Virus record (IMG/VR): IMGVR_UViG_3300034146_000005
Coordinates: 1-45,020 of that record
Source of the DNA: a virus
DNA: 45,020 nt
Strand: one strand, 5' to 3'
Shown: positions 1-7,188 of the stretch, piece after piece
How positions within the stretch are numbered: position 1 is the first letter of the stretch
Layout: the number at the start of each line of letters is the position of its first letter
Translations under genes and position numbers: made by a program
The notes under the pieces: model-generated
What the model saw: the letters and a program-made list of their open reading frames with translations, nothing else
What the model was told of the DNA's origin: nothing
Databases searched by the model: none

Positions 1-127
1 AATCAACCCCGGTGTCCATGCAGCAGAACCACGAAAGATTGGCTTGCGTCCTATTGCATCGAGAGATGAAGGATACTGCACAGAGTTCAATCCGAGGACA
101 CCTGTGCCAGTCACAACTTGACGAGGC
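1..127. repeat. Left copy of an exact 127-bp terminal duplication (identical to 44894-45020); circular-closure overlap
   Basis: Compared both ends base by base: aatcaaccccggtgtccatg...cacaacttgacgaggc occurs at 1-127 and at 44894-45020. A minus-strand ORF runs through it in frame. Confidence 0.95.
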
Positions 128-2229
128 TTAATTTCCCCATACGTGACAGCGGTGATCGTGAGAGTCGTACCACTGATACTTCCAGTAGCTTCTGCAACAG
201 GAACAGCACCAGAGATAACAAGACTCTCGAAGTCCCAGAACTGAAGTGTGGTACTAGCTACAGTCTGTCCCGGATTGACAGTATATGTTCCAGTTCCACC
301 TGTTCCAGTTCCGTCTGCGGTGACAAAAGTTCTCTCAGTTGTCCACACGAACGGATCTTCTGCATGTCCTGCAAGAGATTTACCTGTGACAAGACCACCC
401 GGTGAGCGAGATATAACGCCACCACGTTCGATGAAATGATTCTCTCCACGGAATCGACCAAAGAACGCAACAGTACCAGATCGAGCACGGAATAGACAGT
501 CAACAAATCTCGGACCGTCAGTATTGCCATTGGAGGCACTTGGCACACCAGTTACAATGTCACCGATGTTGATCGTACCAACGAGACCACTCTCAGAGAC
601 GTACATATCATCATCACTGATAGTAACGTTTGTTGCTGTTGCTCCACCACTAAATGCAGCACTGACAACTGCATTCTGTGGTTTGGACACTTTGTACTGG
701 AAAGTCCTGAAAGGAGTAGTACCAGTTGTAGCAACAAGTGAAGTGATTGTTGTATTACGATGGATCGGAGGAACGTGATGCTCAAACTCACATCGCTCGA
801 AGGTAGTGAACTTCACACCACCATCAATCATGAGATTGTTCACGATGTGAAGTTTACCTGTTGGAGACTCCGTTGGATCAGTAGTGAACCTGCACTCCTC
901 AAAACGAGCAGCATCGAATGGGCTGAATATCTGTCCACCAGTTAGGCCATTGCCGTGCCACAACTGAGTGATAGAACCAGCGAACAAACAATTCTTGAAC
1001 TTGATGTTCGGTTTGTTCAGCCATGCACCATACTGAGTCGTACCAATGAATCGAGAACTCTTGATAACCATTTCAGCACTGTTGCCACTGTCAGCAACCA
1101 TGCCATTACCGCCGTTGTCGATGAACTCACAATTCTCTATATAGATACCACGAGTGACCTTCTGTGCTTCAGATTCAATGTCCAGACCAGCACGAGGATT
1201 AGAGCTAACTCCATTGTTCTCCTTACCAGCCTGATTGAACGAGCAACTGCGAAGAACAATACCATCTACACCGACAAGAGATGTATTCTGTCTACCATTC
1301 CGTGAAGCACGAAGATTATCAACGATCACAAGTGACTTGATGTCAACAGGATCACGACGACGGATCGTGACATTCGAGTAGCGAGGGACTGCAACATCGA
1401 ACACAACATTGGATGCATTGACAGTGAAACCTATGAGTTGTCGAACACTGTTCACGAACACAGATAGATTGTTGACTGTTGCTCCCTGTAGTCCATGAGC
1501 GAATGTAGTCGTACCACTAACGGCTGTAACGGTATACTTGCGAGCACAGTAGCTGTCTATATGCACACCATCCAAACCATGATTGTGTGTATAGACGTTA
1601 CTGATGTGGATCATTTCAGTTTCATCACAGTCGATACCAGTCATAGGCAACTGAATACCTACGTCACTGAAGTATCCACCAACTGAGGTGTTTGCCATGT
1701 TGCCATCCAACTCTAGATTAGAGATGGAGACTTGGTGACAATGTTCAGTATGAATCATCGCGTAGTATGGGGTTCCTGCACCAGTACCGAGATAGCCGGG
1801 AGCAGTTACAACAGGATTACCAGCGGTGTCGAACACACCATACTTTCCGCCGGGACCGTTGATGATCTTAGCACCGTTGCCGTTGATGACAACACGATCA
1901 CAATTGGTGAATCCCATAATGTACTGATGAGTAGGAGGCCAAGTGTAATACGTGTTGATTGCAGGATCTTGCATCGTCTGATTAGCGATACCGCCAACAG
2001 CATAGGTAGTAGCACTGAGATTGACTACACCTCCGCCAGCTGCATTGACAGCAAGTGCTAGAAGAATGAAAGCTCCAGTATCATCAGTAGTACCATCACC
2101 CTTGGCACCAAATGTTTCAGGAGTAAAGAAATCAAGCTCACTCGTATCTATAATAACACGAGCGACATCATCGAGGTCCAACACGCCCCTACCATTGCCA
2201 GACAGATCGGGATAAAAGATGTCAGTCAT
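1..2229 (-). CDS. Tailspike / polysaccharide depolymerase (pectate-lyase-superfamily beta-helix), N-terminal 743 codons; continues across the circular junction into 44648-44893 (824 aa total)
   Basis: ATG at 2229-2227 (ATGACTGA overlap with the upstream stop; in-frame TAG just upstream at 2235-2233). I read every plus-strand triplet in register 1,4,7... from 1 to 2229 and found no tta/cta/tca, so the minus frame is open to the window edge and in register with ORF 44648..45007. N-terminus reads MTDIFYPDLSGNG...FTPETFGAKGDGTTDDTGAF, the hallmark of Pectate_lyase_3-type tailspikes. Missing from the ORF track only because it runs off the edge. Confidence 0.85.
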   Translation of the reverse strand, partial: MTDIFYPDLSGNGRGVLDLDDVARVIIDTSELDFFTPETFGAKGDGTTDDTGAFILLALAVNAAGGGVVNLSATTYAVGGIANQTMQDPAINTYYTWPPTHQYIMGFTNCDRVVINGNGAKIINGPGGKYGVFDTAGNPVVTAPGYLGTGAGTPYYAMIHTEHCHQVSISNLELDGNMANTSVGGYFSDVGIQLPMTGIDCDETEMIHISNVYTHNHGLDGVHIDSYCARKYTVTAVSGTTTFAHGLQGATVNNLSVFVNSVRQLIGFTVNASNVVFDVAVPRYSNVTIRRRDPVDIKSLVIVDNLRASRNGRQNTSLVGVDGIVLRSCSFNQAGKENNGVSSNPRAGLDIESEAQKVTRGIYIENCEFIDNGGNGMVADSGNSAEMVIKSSRFIGTTQYGAWLNKPNIKFKNCLFAGSITQLWHGNGLTGGQIFSPFDAARFEECRFTTDPTESPTGKLHIVNNLMIDGGVKFTTFERCEFEHHVPPIHRNTTITSLVATTGTTPFRTFQYKVSKPQNAVVSAAFSGGATATNVTISDDDMYVSESGLVGTINIGDIVTGVPSASNGNTDGPRFVDCLFRARSGTVAFFGRFRGENHFIERGGVISRSPGGLVTGKSLAGHAEDPFVWTTERTFVTADGTGTGGTGTYTVNPGQTVASTTLQFWDFESLVISGAVPVAEATGSISGTTLTITAVTYGEIKPRQVVTGTGVLGLNSVQYPSSLDAIGRKPIFRGSAAWTPGLI

Positions 2230-2839
2230 TATCTACCTCGATTGCATCTGCATCAATGGTTGGCATCTGCTGAGTATCATCACGTTTGGTAATGATGATT
2301 TGCAATGCATCTTCCATTGTATGTCGATGTTCAATGATGTCAGCGGGACGATGTCCTGCACGATCTAGAATGTCTTGTGATGCCTTGAATGCTAGAACAT
2401 CGTTCTCACTATCAGCTAGTTCAACGATCTTGTGTGCAGCATTCTTAGCATGAGTCTGGAACACTTCACGGACTGTATCTGTTTCCGTGTTGACAATGTT
2501 GTCTTTGGCAGCAGCCATGAAGTCTATATAGGCTTCACTCTTCTTGATCTGCTTGATCTGCTCTATAGATAACCGAGAATCCAGAGCCAGAGCAATATCG
2601 CTATCGCCCAAACCGAACAGAGTGTAAAAAGCGACCAGAGCCACTCCCGAAAGTTGTTTCGGCGGTGCGGGAAGATCGGCAACTGTTTTCCTCGCTTTAA
2701 CAACAAGCTTTTGTGCATCACTAGGAGACGGCACCGAGATAAACTTAGCAACCTGATCGCGGATAACTTTTCCGGTTGCTGGGTCAATCTTGGTTCCGTC
2801 TGCTAGAACGAGTGGTTCATTAGCATCTGGTAGTTGCAT
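2222..2839 (-). CDS. Hypothetical protein (weak small-terminase-like / DNA-binding features)
   Basis: 205-aa ORF with a TAATG start/stop overlap with the upstream gene. Helical, and the segment ASQDILDRAGHRP resembles a motif common in small terminase subunits. It is not adjacent to TerL, so the function is uncertain. Confidence 0.55.
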   Translation of the reverse strand: MQLPDANEPLVLADGTKIDPATGKVIRDQVAKFISVPSPSDAQKLVVKARKTVADLPAPPKQLSGVALVAFYTLFGLGDSDIALALDSRLSIEQIKQIKKSEAYIDFMAAAKDNIVNTETDTVREVFQTHAKNAAHKIVELADSENDVLAFKASQDILDRAGHRPADIIEHRHTMEDALQIIITKRDDTQQMPTIDADAIEVDND

Positions 2840-3921
2840 TACTTCACTCTACGAACAGTCGTTGGATTGACCTTCGCTTTCCTGATAATCTCAAGAGCTT
2901 GAGAGAGAAGGCTGTTATCATCTACAGGAGCAGAAGAACCTGCATTGGCTCTACCAACATTGCGTGGTCGGCCTGTCTTATAATTCTTGTTCTGTATTCC
3001 CTGACTGCGTTGTTGTTTGAGTCGTTGTGCAAGCTGTTGTGCAAGCCTAATCTCTTCAGGAGTGTATCCTTGATGAACAGGTTCAGCATGTATCACACCT
3101 TGACCGGGTGGCAACACACGAGACTGAACAGCCTGTCTTGCACCAATCTCTTTGCGAGTGTTCGGACGATTGCCTGCATAGTTTGGAAGCTTCCTCTGGA
3201 ATCCAATAGCTCTACCAAGCTCACTCTCTGTCTCAGTAACAGGAGCAGCACCGGGGAGCATCTTAGGACCAGCACCGATCTGCTTAGGAGCAGTTACATT
3301 CTTTGCATCAATGGTATCATCAAGAACTCGATACTCACCATCAATGATTTCGGATGTTGGATTACCACGAGCATCATAGTTTGCAACTCTTGGTTCTTCT
3401 TCAAGACCTGCAACAGTTGTGGCTAGTGCTGTTCCATTAGCAGTTGCACCAGTTGGAACCTTCCTGCGTGTAGCAAGATAATTCGCGATACCAGCAGCAG
3501 TACCAACTCCAATAGTAGCAAGTAATCCACCCGGATCAAACAACTGACTGAGTTGTTCATCACCGAGTTTATCCAGTGCATCCTTGTTAACACCCGGAAT
3601 CCCGTCGATGTTACCATTCTCATCTAGATTGTAAGGATTGTTTGCAGTCTGTGTTCCGGCATCAGCGTATGGATCACGGAAGTTAATGGTGCTGGCAGTT
3701 GAAGAATCTCCATAGCTACCAGCACCACCTGCAAGTGCAGCGGAAAGGGCGGAACCGCTTGCACCCGCATTCGATGAACCTTGATTAAGAGGTGAGATAA
3801 CACCTTTATGCGCCATGATGCCACGACGACGTAACATCTCCTCCATAGTCAGAGGTTGACCTGTTACTTCATCAATAGCAGGCCCACCATTAGGACCAAG
3901 AAGAGTTGTCTCGATCATCAT
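2839..3921 (-). CDS. Hypothetical protein, low-complexity G/A/N-rich with one predicted TM segment
   Basis: 360-aa ORF translationally coupled at both ends (TAATG overlaps). Hydrophobic stretch LLATIGVGTAAGIANYLA. No motif recognised. Confidence 0.7.
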   Translation of the reverse strand: MMIETTLLGPNGGPAIDEVTGQPLTMEEMLRRRGIMAHKGVISPLNQGSSNAGASGSALSAALAGGAGSYGDSSTASTINFRDPYADAGTQTANNPYNLDENGNIDGIPGVNKDALDKLGDEQLSQLFDPGGLLATIGVGTAAGIANYLATRRKVPTGATANGTALATTVAGLEEEPRVANYDARGNPTSEIIDGEYRVLDDTIDAKNVTAPKQIGAGPKMLPGAAPVTETESELGRAIGFQRKLPNYAGNRPNTRKEIGARQAVQSRVLPPGQGVIHAEPVHQGYTPEEIRLAQQLAQRLKQQRSQGIQNKNYKTGRPRNVGRANAGSSAPVDDNSLLSQALEIIRKAKVNPTTVRRVK

Positions 3922-4262
3922 TAACTCCGAGTGAAGGCTGGACCACCATTGCCACTAAGATCACGAGCAAAGACAAGTCCACCAGAGTTCTGGATAACCA
4001 CTTCACTCTTGATGTTAGTTGCATCCTGTGATGTAGTATTACGATTAAGTTCAGTAACGGTCTCAACACTACGAGAACCAAACACATCAGCCTGATCGTT
4101 GGTCCGATGTACGAGTCGATTGTTCACAACATTCACAGCAGCACCCGGAGCAGCACCAACAATTGCATTTGCAACTGCATCATGTGACTTACGCGATGGA
4201 TATGCATTGGAAGTGTTGAGTGGAAAGTCATTATTGAACAACGGAGCAGATGAAACAATCAT
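3921..4262 (-). CDS. Hypothetical protein, first gene of the minus-strand arm
   Basis: Track ORF 3921..4340 trimmed to the ATG at 4262 (MIVSSAPLF...), which follows AAAAAGG by 8 nt and lies downstream of the minus-strand promoter at 4313-4340. 113 aa. Confidence 0.6.
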   Translation of the reverse strand: MIVSSAPLFNNDFPLNTSNAYPSRKSHDAVANAIVGAAPGAAVNVVNNRLVHRTNDQADVFGSRSVETVTELNRNTTSQDATNIKSEVVIQNSGGLVFARDLSGNGGPAFTRS

Positions 4263-4312
4263 GACACACACCTTTTTCTTCTTGTATGGCCCTGCGGGGC
4301 GGGTCAAGCGAC

Positions 4313-4340
4313 AGCATACCAAGGGAATCGGCGGTGTCAA
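4313..4340 (-). promoter_or_regulatory. Sigma70-type promoter for the virion arm: GGGGGTTGACA-N16-(TGG)TATGCT
   Basis: Reverse complement of 4313-4345 reads gggggTTGACAccgccgattcccttggTATGCT, about 45 nt upstream of the first minus-strand ATG (4262). The GGGGGTTGACA 11-mer recurs at 11814 (+) and 32157 (-). Confidence 0.6.
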
Positions 4341-4468
4341 CCCCCTTTATCGTGGTCCATTTGAGGCGAGGCCAGCGCGTAGCGGTGGCCGAGACGCATC
4401 AACATAACTTCATATCACCATTCACTACTATTCATTACTCTATACTCTCAGTACTCTTGATAAATAAC

Positions 4469-4539
4469 AGTGTAGTAGTGTAGATATAGAATGTATAAGA
4501 GAGAAGTGTGTTTGGATAAGTGTAGGGGAGTGTAGGGGG
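4469..4539 (+). repeat. Iteron-like direct repeats: AGTGTAG x2 (4469, 4477) and AGTGTAGGGG x2 in tandem (4519, 4529)
   Basis: Read directly: cAGTGTAGtAGTGTAGat ... aAGTGTAGGGGAGTGTAGGGGGt, in the divergent intergenic region next to an AT-rich stretch (4400-4470). Confidence 0.7.
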
Positions 4540-4771
4540 TACTATTCTGAGTGTTGAATGGGTAGAAGTTTGGCTTGGTTGACCTCGAATTTCACACGCA
4601 CGCCTACACATAACACCCATGTTTGGATTTGGTGGGGGGATATGGGGGTAGTGCCTGTGTTTGCATGTGAACTACACTCGATCACTCAACATGTGTTGCT
4701 GTGTGTATGCACATATCCAGAACAAAGCATGTTCTTTAGTAGACCCCTTTGGTGACACATCGAAACATGTG

Positions 4772-4800
4772 TTGACTTGAGTGATGGGATATTGGATAAT
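4772..4800 (+). promoter_or_regulatory. Sigma70-type early promoter TTGACT-N17-GATAAT
   Basis: gTTGACTtgagtgatgggatattgGATAAT. The -35 element overlaps an 11/12 copy of the CAACATGTGTTG palindrome (4763-4774). Confidence 0.6.
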
Positions 4801-4848
4801 GAGCGGCATGGAACTGGTATCTCGCCATTCCAGATTGGAGAACATGAA

Positions 4849-4995
4849 ATGACTTATGACGAAGCCAAGCTGTGTCTCCCACCCAAGGCTAAATTCCATT
4901 CTCGTGAGCCTGAGGGTGAGTTGTATTTCGTTGGTAAGGTGCAATGGTGGCTTACTGAGGATGAAACCGGCTGGAACTGTACTCGGAAGGGATAA
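4849..4995 (+). CDS. Hypothetical early protein (48 aa)
   Basis: Track ORF 4777..4995 starts with a TTG inside the promoter. Trimmed to the ATG at 4849 (MTYDEAKL...), about 8 nt after GGAGAA. Confidence 0.5.
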   Translation: MTYDEAKLCLPPKAKFHSREPEGELYFVGKVQWWLTEDETGWNCTRKG

Positions 4996-4999
4996 ACAC

Positions 5000-5065
5000 A
5001 TGATCGCAGTTATCCTAATCACTGTTGCCTTTATATGTGTGGCCCTTGTTTGTGAGGAGAGATAA
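5000..5065 (+). CDS. Possible 21-aa hydrophobic micropeptide
   Basis: ATG 5000, MIAVILITVAFICVALVCEER, TAA 5063-5065. GGAAGGGA lies 7 nt upstream. It fills the gap between two ORFs and is below the track cutoff. Confidence 0.25.
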   Translation: MIAVILITVAFICVALVCEER

Positions 5066-5067
5066 TC

Positions 5068-5265
5068 ATGTGGGGAATTATCGCTGTTGATCTGAGACGT
5101 GGATACAGTCACAGAGTTTGCACTGATTATGAGAGTGCAAGTGGCTTTATCACTTATCCAACCCGTGATGAGGCAACCACACAAGCCGCTGAACTGACAG
5201 CTTGGTATCAGAGAGACGTGAGAGGCAATGTTGTCTACAGTGCAGTTCCGTTGCCGTTGTACTGA
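5068..5265 (+). CDS. Hypothetical early protein (65 aa)
   Basis: ATG preceded by GAGGAGAG at 6 nt. Confidence 0.6.
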   Translation: MWGIIAVDLRRGYSHRVCTDYESASGFITYPTRDEATTQAAELTAWYQRDVRGNVVYSAVPLPLY

Positions 5266-5306
5266 CAACACATGTTGAGTTCTGTGTATGTGTAGCTTTG
5301 CGTAAC

Positions 5307-5335
5307 TTGACTTAGACGAGTGTATCGTGTAGAGT
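5307..5335 (+). promoter_or_regulatory. Class-I early promoter TTGACTTAGACGAGTGTATCGTG-TAGAGT
   Basis: TTGACT (5307-5312), N17, TAGAGT (5330-5335). About 24 of its 29 nt match the promoter at 12326-12354. Confidence 0.65.
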
Positions 5336-5385
5336 ATAAGAACGATGGGGAATGGCTCCATCGCAACACATGAAGGAACAATATC

Positions 5386-6258
5386 ATGAAGAACATTTCC
5401 AACAACATTTCCAACAATGCGAATGTCTCCGAACTCGGTCGTAAGGCCGCTGAGCAGTGGACGATTGCCGGTTCGGCTGGCGATGGTGGCGATGCTATCG
5501 CTACTCATGCTCTCTACCTCGCCGCCTTCACCATGACGTTCAAGGCTGAGGTGAACCGTGGATCGAAGGCCGAGCCTGAGATTGAGGTTGTGGAGTTTGA
5601 GTTGGCCGACGTTCGCAATGATCCGCGCAACAATGACGGCACTGTGGACATGAAGCTCAAGTCCGCTCGCACTGTCGCCATCGCGGAGACTGTGTTCGGC
5701 ATCTCCGAACTCGACAACGCAATCAAGCAGCGTCTCGGCCGTGCGGTGAAGATGGCTCTTTACCTCTGGGATCGTTATCAGAAGGAAGAGGATTTCGCTT
5801 CTCTCGTTTCCACTCGCACCGTCAAGACGCGGCACGGCGGACGCGACAAGATGACGACTTGCCTCGTCGTCCCGAACGAAGCCATCTATCCGGAACCGGC
5901 TGAGGATGCGGATGAAGAGGACAAGGCGCGTTATCAGCAGCTTCGTCGCACTCCCAAGACGCTGAACGGCAAGGATAAGGCGTCGCTTGCTGAACTCGGA
6001 AAGCGTGCCAATCCTCCGAAGGCTCAGCGTGCGGCAGGAGAGAACAAGACGGATAAGGGTGCAACTCTTCTCGCGTCCATCGCCTTCACTCGTGCCATCG
6101 TTCAGCAGAACGCGAACTCGGATGCGGACGAGAGTGAGGTGGGATTGAGCGAAACCCTCCGCCGTGAACTCTTCGCACTGGCACAGGATATTGCGGCTTA
6201 CTTTGCCGTTGATCCGATGGAAGACGAGAACGAGGAGGAGCAGAAGCAGGCCGCTTGA
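5386..6258 (+). CDS. Hypothetical early protein, 290 aa, acidic C-terminus, GC-rich
   Basis: ATG follows the hairpin 5343-5363 and the CAACACATGAAGGAACA leader. Protein-like composition, C-terminal DPMEDENEEEQKQAA. Line 5821-5880 has 38/60 G+C versus about 40-50% in the flanks. Confidence 0.75.
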   Translation: MKNISNNISNNANVSELGRKAAEQWTIAGSAGDGGDAIATHALYLAAFTMTFKAEVNRGSKAEPEIEVVEFELADVRNDPRNNDGTVDMKLKSARTVAIAETVFGISELDNAIKQRLGRAVKMALYLWDRYQKEEDFASLVSTRTVKTRHGGRDKMTTCLVVPNEAIYPEPAEDADEEDKARYQQLRRTPKTLNGKDKASLAELGKRANPPKAQRAAGENKTDKGATLLASIAFTRAIVQQNANSDADESEVGLSETLRRELFALAQDIAAYFAVDPMEDENEEEQKQAA

Positions 6259-6269
6259 TCGTTCAACAT

Positions 6270-6300
6270 GTGTTGTGGATTGTGCGATGATCCACAACAC
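6270..6300 (+). other. Perfect 11-bp inverted repeat (GTGTTGTGGAT N9 ATCCACAACAC) between genes
   Basis: Read directly. It overlaps a perfect CAACATGTGTTG copy (6264-6275) and has no T-run, so it is more likely a processing or operator element than a terminator. Confidence 0.6.
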
Positions 6301-6328
6301 AATACACAACACACGAAGGGAACAACAC

Positions 6329-6583
6329 ATGAAGCGCGCACATGTAGCCAAGGCCATCCCGATTGATGCATCCACCGAAAAGACTTCCATGCTCCACGTT
6401 TCAATCCGTGAAGTCCGACACATCCCTCTTGAACCCGGTCGTGGCCCTTCCATTGGTCAGATGATGGATCAACTGATGGAAGAGACAGCCATGAACGGCG
6501 GTGTAATTGAAGGCTTCGAGTTGGAGATAACCCCGGATCATTGGCAGGAGTATGCAGGCCTCGTCAATCGTGATCGTGCATAA
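6329..6583 (+). CDS. Hypothetical early protein (84 aa)
   Basis: Track ORF 6164..6583 trimmed to the ATG at 6329 (MKRAHVAKAI...), preceded by the CAACACACGAAGGGAACA leader. Confidence 0.6.
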   Translation: MKRAHVAKAIPIDASTEKTSMLHVSIREVRHIPLEPGRGPSIGQMMDQLMEETAMNGGVIEGFELEITPDHWQEYAGLVNRDRA

Positions 6584-6603
6584 CAACACACTCCAACTCA
6601 CAA

Positions 6604-6634
6604 AGGGCTGTCCTTCGGGATGGCCCTTTTTTTT
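6604..6634 (+). terminator. Rho-independent terminator
   Basis: AGGGCTGTCC ttcg GGATGGCCCT (10-bp stem with 2 G-U pairs, tetraloop) followed by T8, 21 nt after the stop at 6583. Confidence 0.8.
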
Positions 6635-6918
6635 GTGCCTTCAACATATGACATGTTATACACTTGTATCGCTCCAATGAGCGATCATCAGCGCGCAGTG
6701 CGCGTCGTGTCGTGTGCGCTCAAGACATTATGAGATGAGAAGTTTTGTCGAGTGCAGTGCGCGTGAGACAGTATGACACGCGCGATATACCCTTGCCCAC
6801 CCACGGCGGTAGGTATATAAGTAAGCCGTAGGGCCTGAAACTCCTGCAAATCAGTCACTTTTGGGTGTGATATGCTTCCCAAACCCAACACGCGAGGGGC
6901 CTTCATTTGGGGGTCCAT

Positions 6919-6947
6919 TTGACTTAACAGGAGTACTGTGGTACTCT
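6919..6947 (+). promoter_or_regulatory. Class-I early promoter TTGACTTA...TGG-TACTCT
   Basis: TTGACT (6919-6924), N17 ending in TGG (extended -10), TACTCT (6942-6947). Confidence 0.6.
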
Positions 6948-6972
6948 TTAGGAACAATGGGAGGAGATTGTC

Positions 6973-7155
6973 ATGCGGTATCTCAAACTCAACAGGAAAT
7001 ATGGACACACATATGTAGATGGGCGCTATGAAGAGTTCACTGTGCGCTGGTATGATCCCGTGTGCAGAGAGTTCCATGTGGAAGGAGAGACTGGTAAACG
7101 CTATACGATAGCAGCAACCAGTCGCGTCCATAAGGAATGTGTATTGATTTCTTAG
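6973..7155 (+). CDS. Hypothetical protein (60 aa)
   Basis: ATG 7 nt after GGGAGGAG, downstream of promoter 6919-6947. Confidence 0.6.
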   Translation: MRYLKLNRKYGHTYVDGRYEEFTVRWYDPVCREFHVEGETGKRYTIAATSRVHKECVLIS

Positions 7156-7188
7156 GAACAATGGGGCTTAACACAAGAGGAGGAACAT

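Noticed and set aside
118-2215. Apparent 2.1-kb coding desert at the left end; considered stop-codon reassignment or a pseudogene
   Set aside because: The minus frame is fully open in the standard code. The ORF was simply not reported because it runs off the window edge and finishes at 44648 on the circle.
4519-4647. G-quadruplex potential of the GGGG/GGGGG tracts in the control region
   Set aside because: Only two G-runs occur in each local cluster and the clusters are about 90 nt apart, so a canonical four-tract G4 cannot form. The tracts are better explained as parts of the direct repeats.
4672-6453. 593-aa minus-strand ORF, the longest open frame in the early region
   Set aside because: It is exactly codon-antisense to three consecutive plus-strand genes that share one frame (4849, 5068, 5386), so it only requires those genes to avoid TTA/CTA/TCA codons. 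It runs through two plus-strand promoters. It has no SD or promoter of its own. Its product is Leu/Ser/Arg/Cys-rich, unlike a real protein, whereas the sense products look normal. The stop-free intergenic pieces are mildly surprising but not enough to call a gene.
6771-6783. 13-nt identity TATGACACGCGCG shared with 23518-23530
   Set aside because: About ten or more 13-mer coincidences are expected by chance among all position pairs in 45 kb, and there is no flanking similarity.
6688-7161. 157-aa minus-strand ORF in the noncoding island
   Set aside because: It overlaps the class-I promoter at 6919 and the plus-strand gene 6973..7155. It has no SD, and it points against every other gene in this arm.
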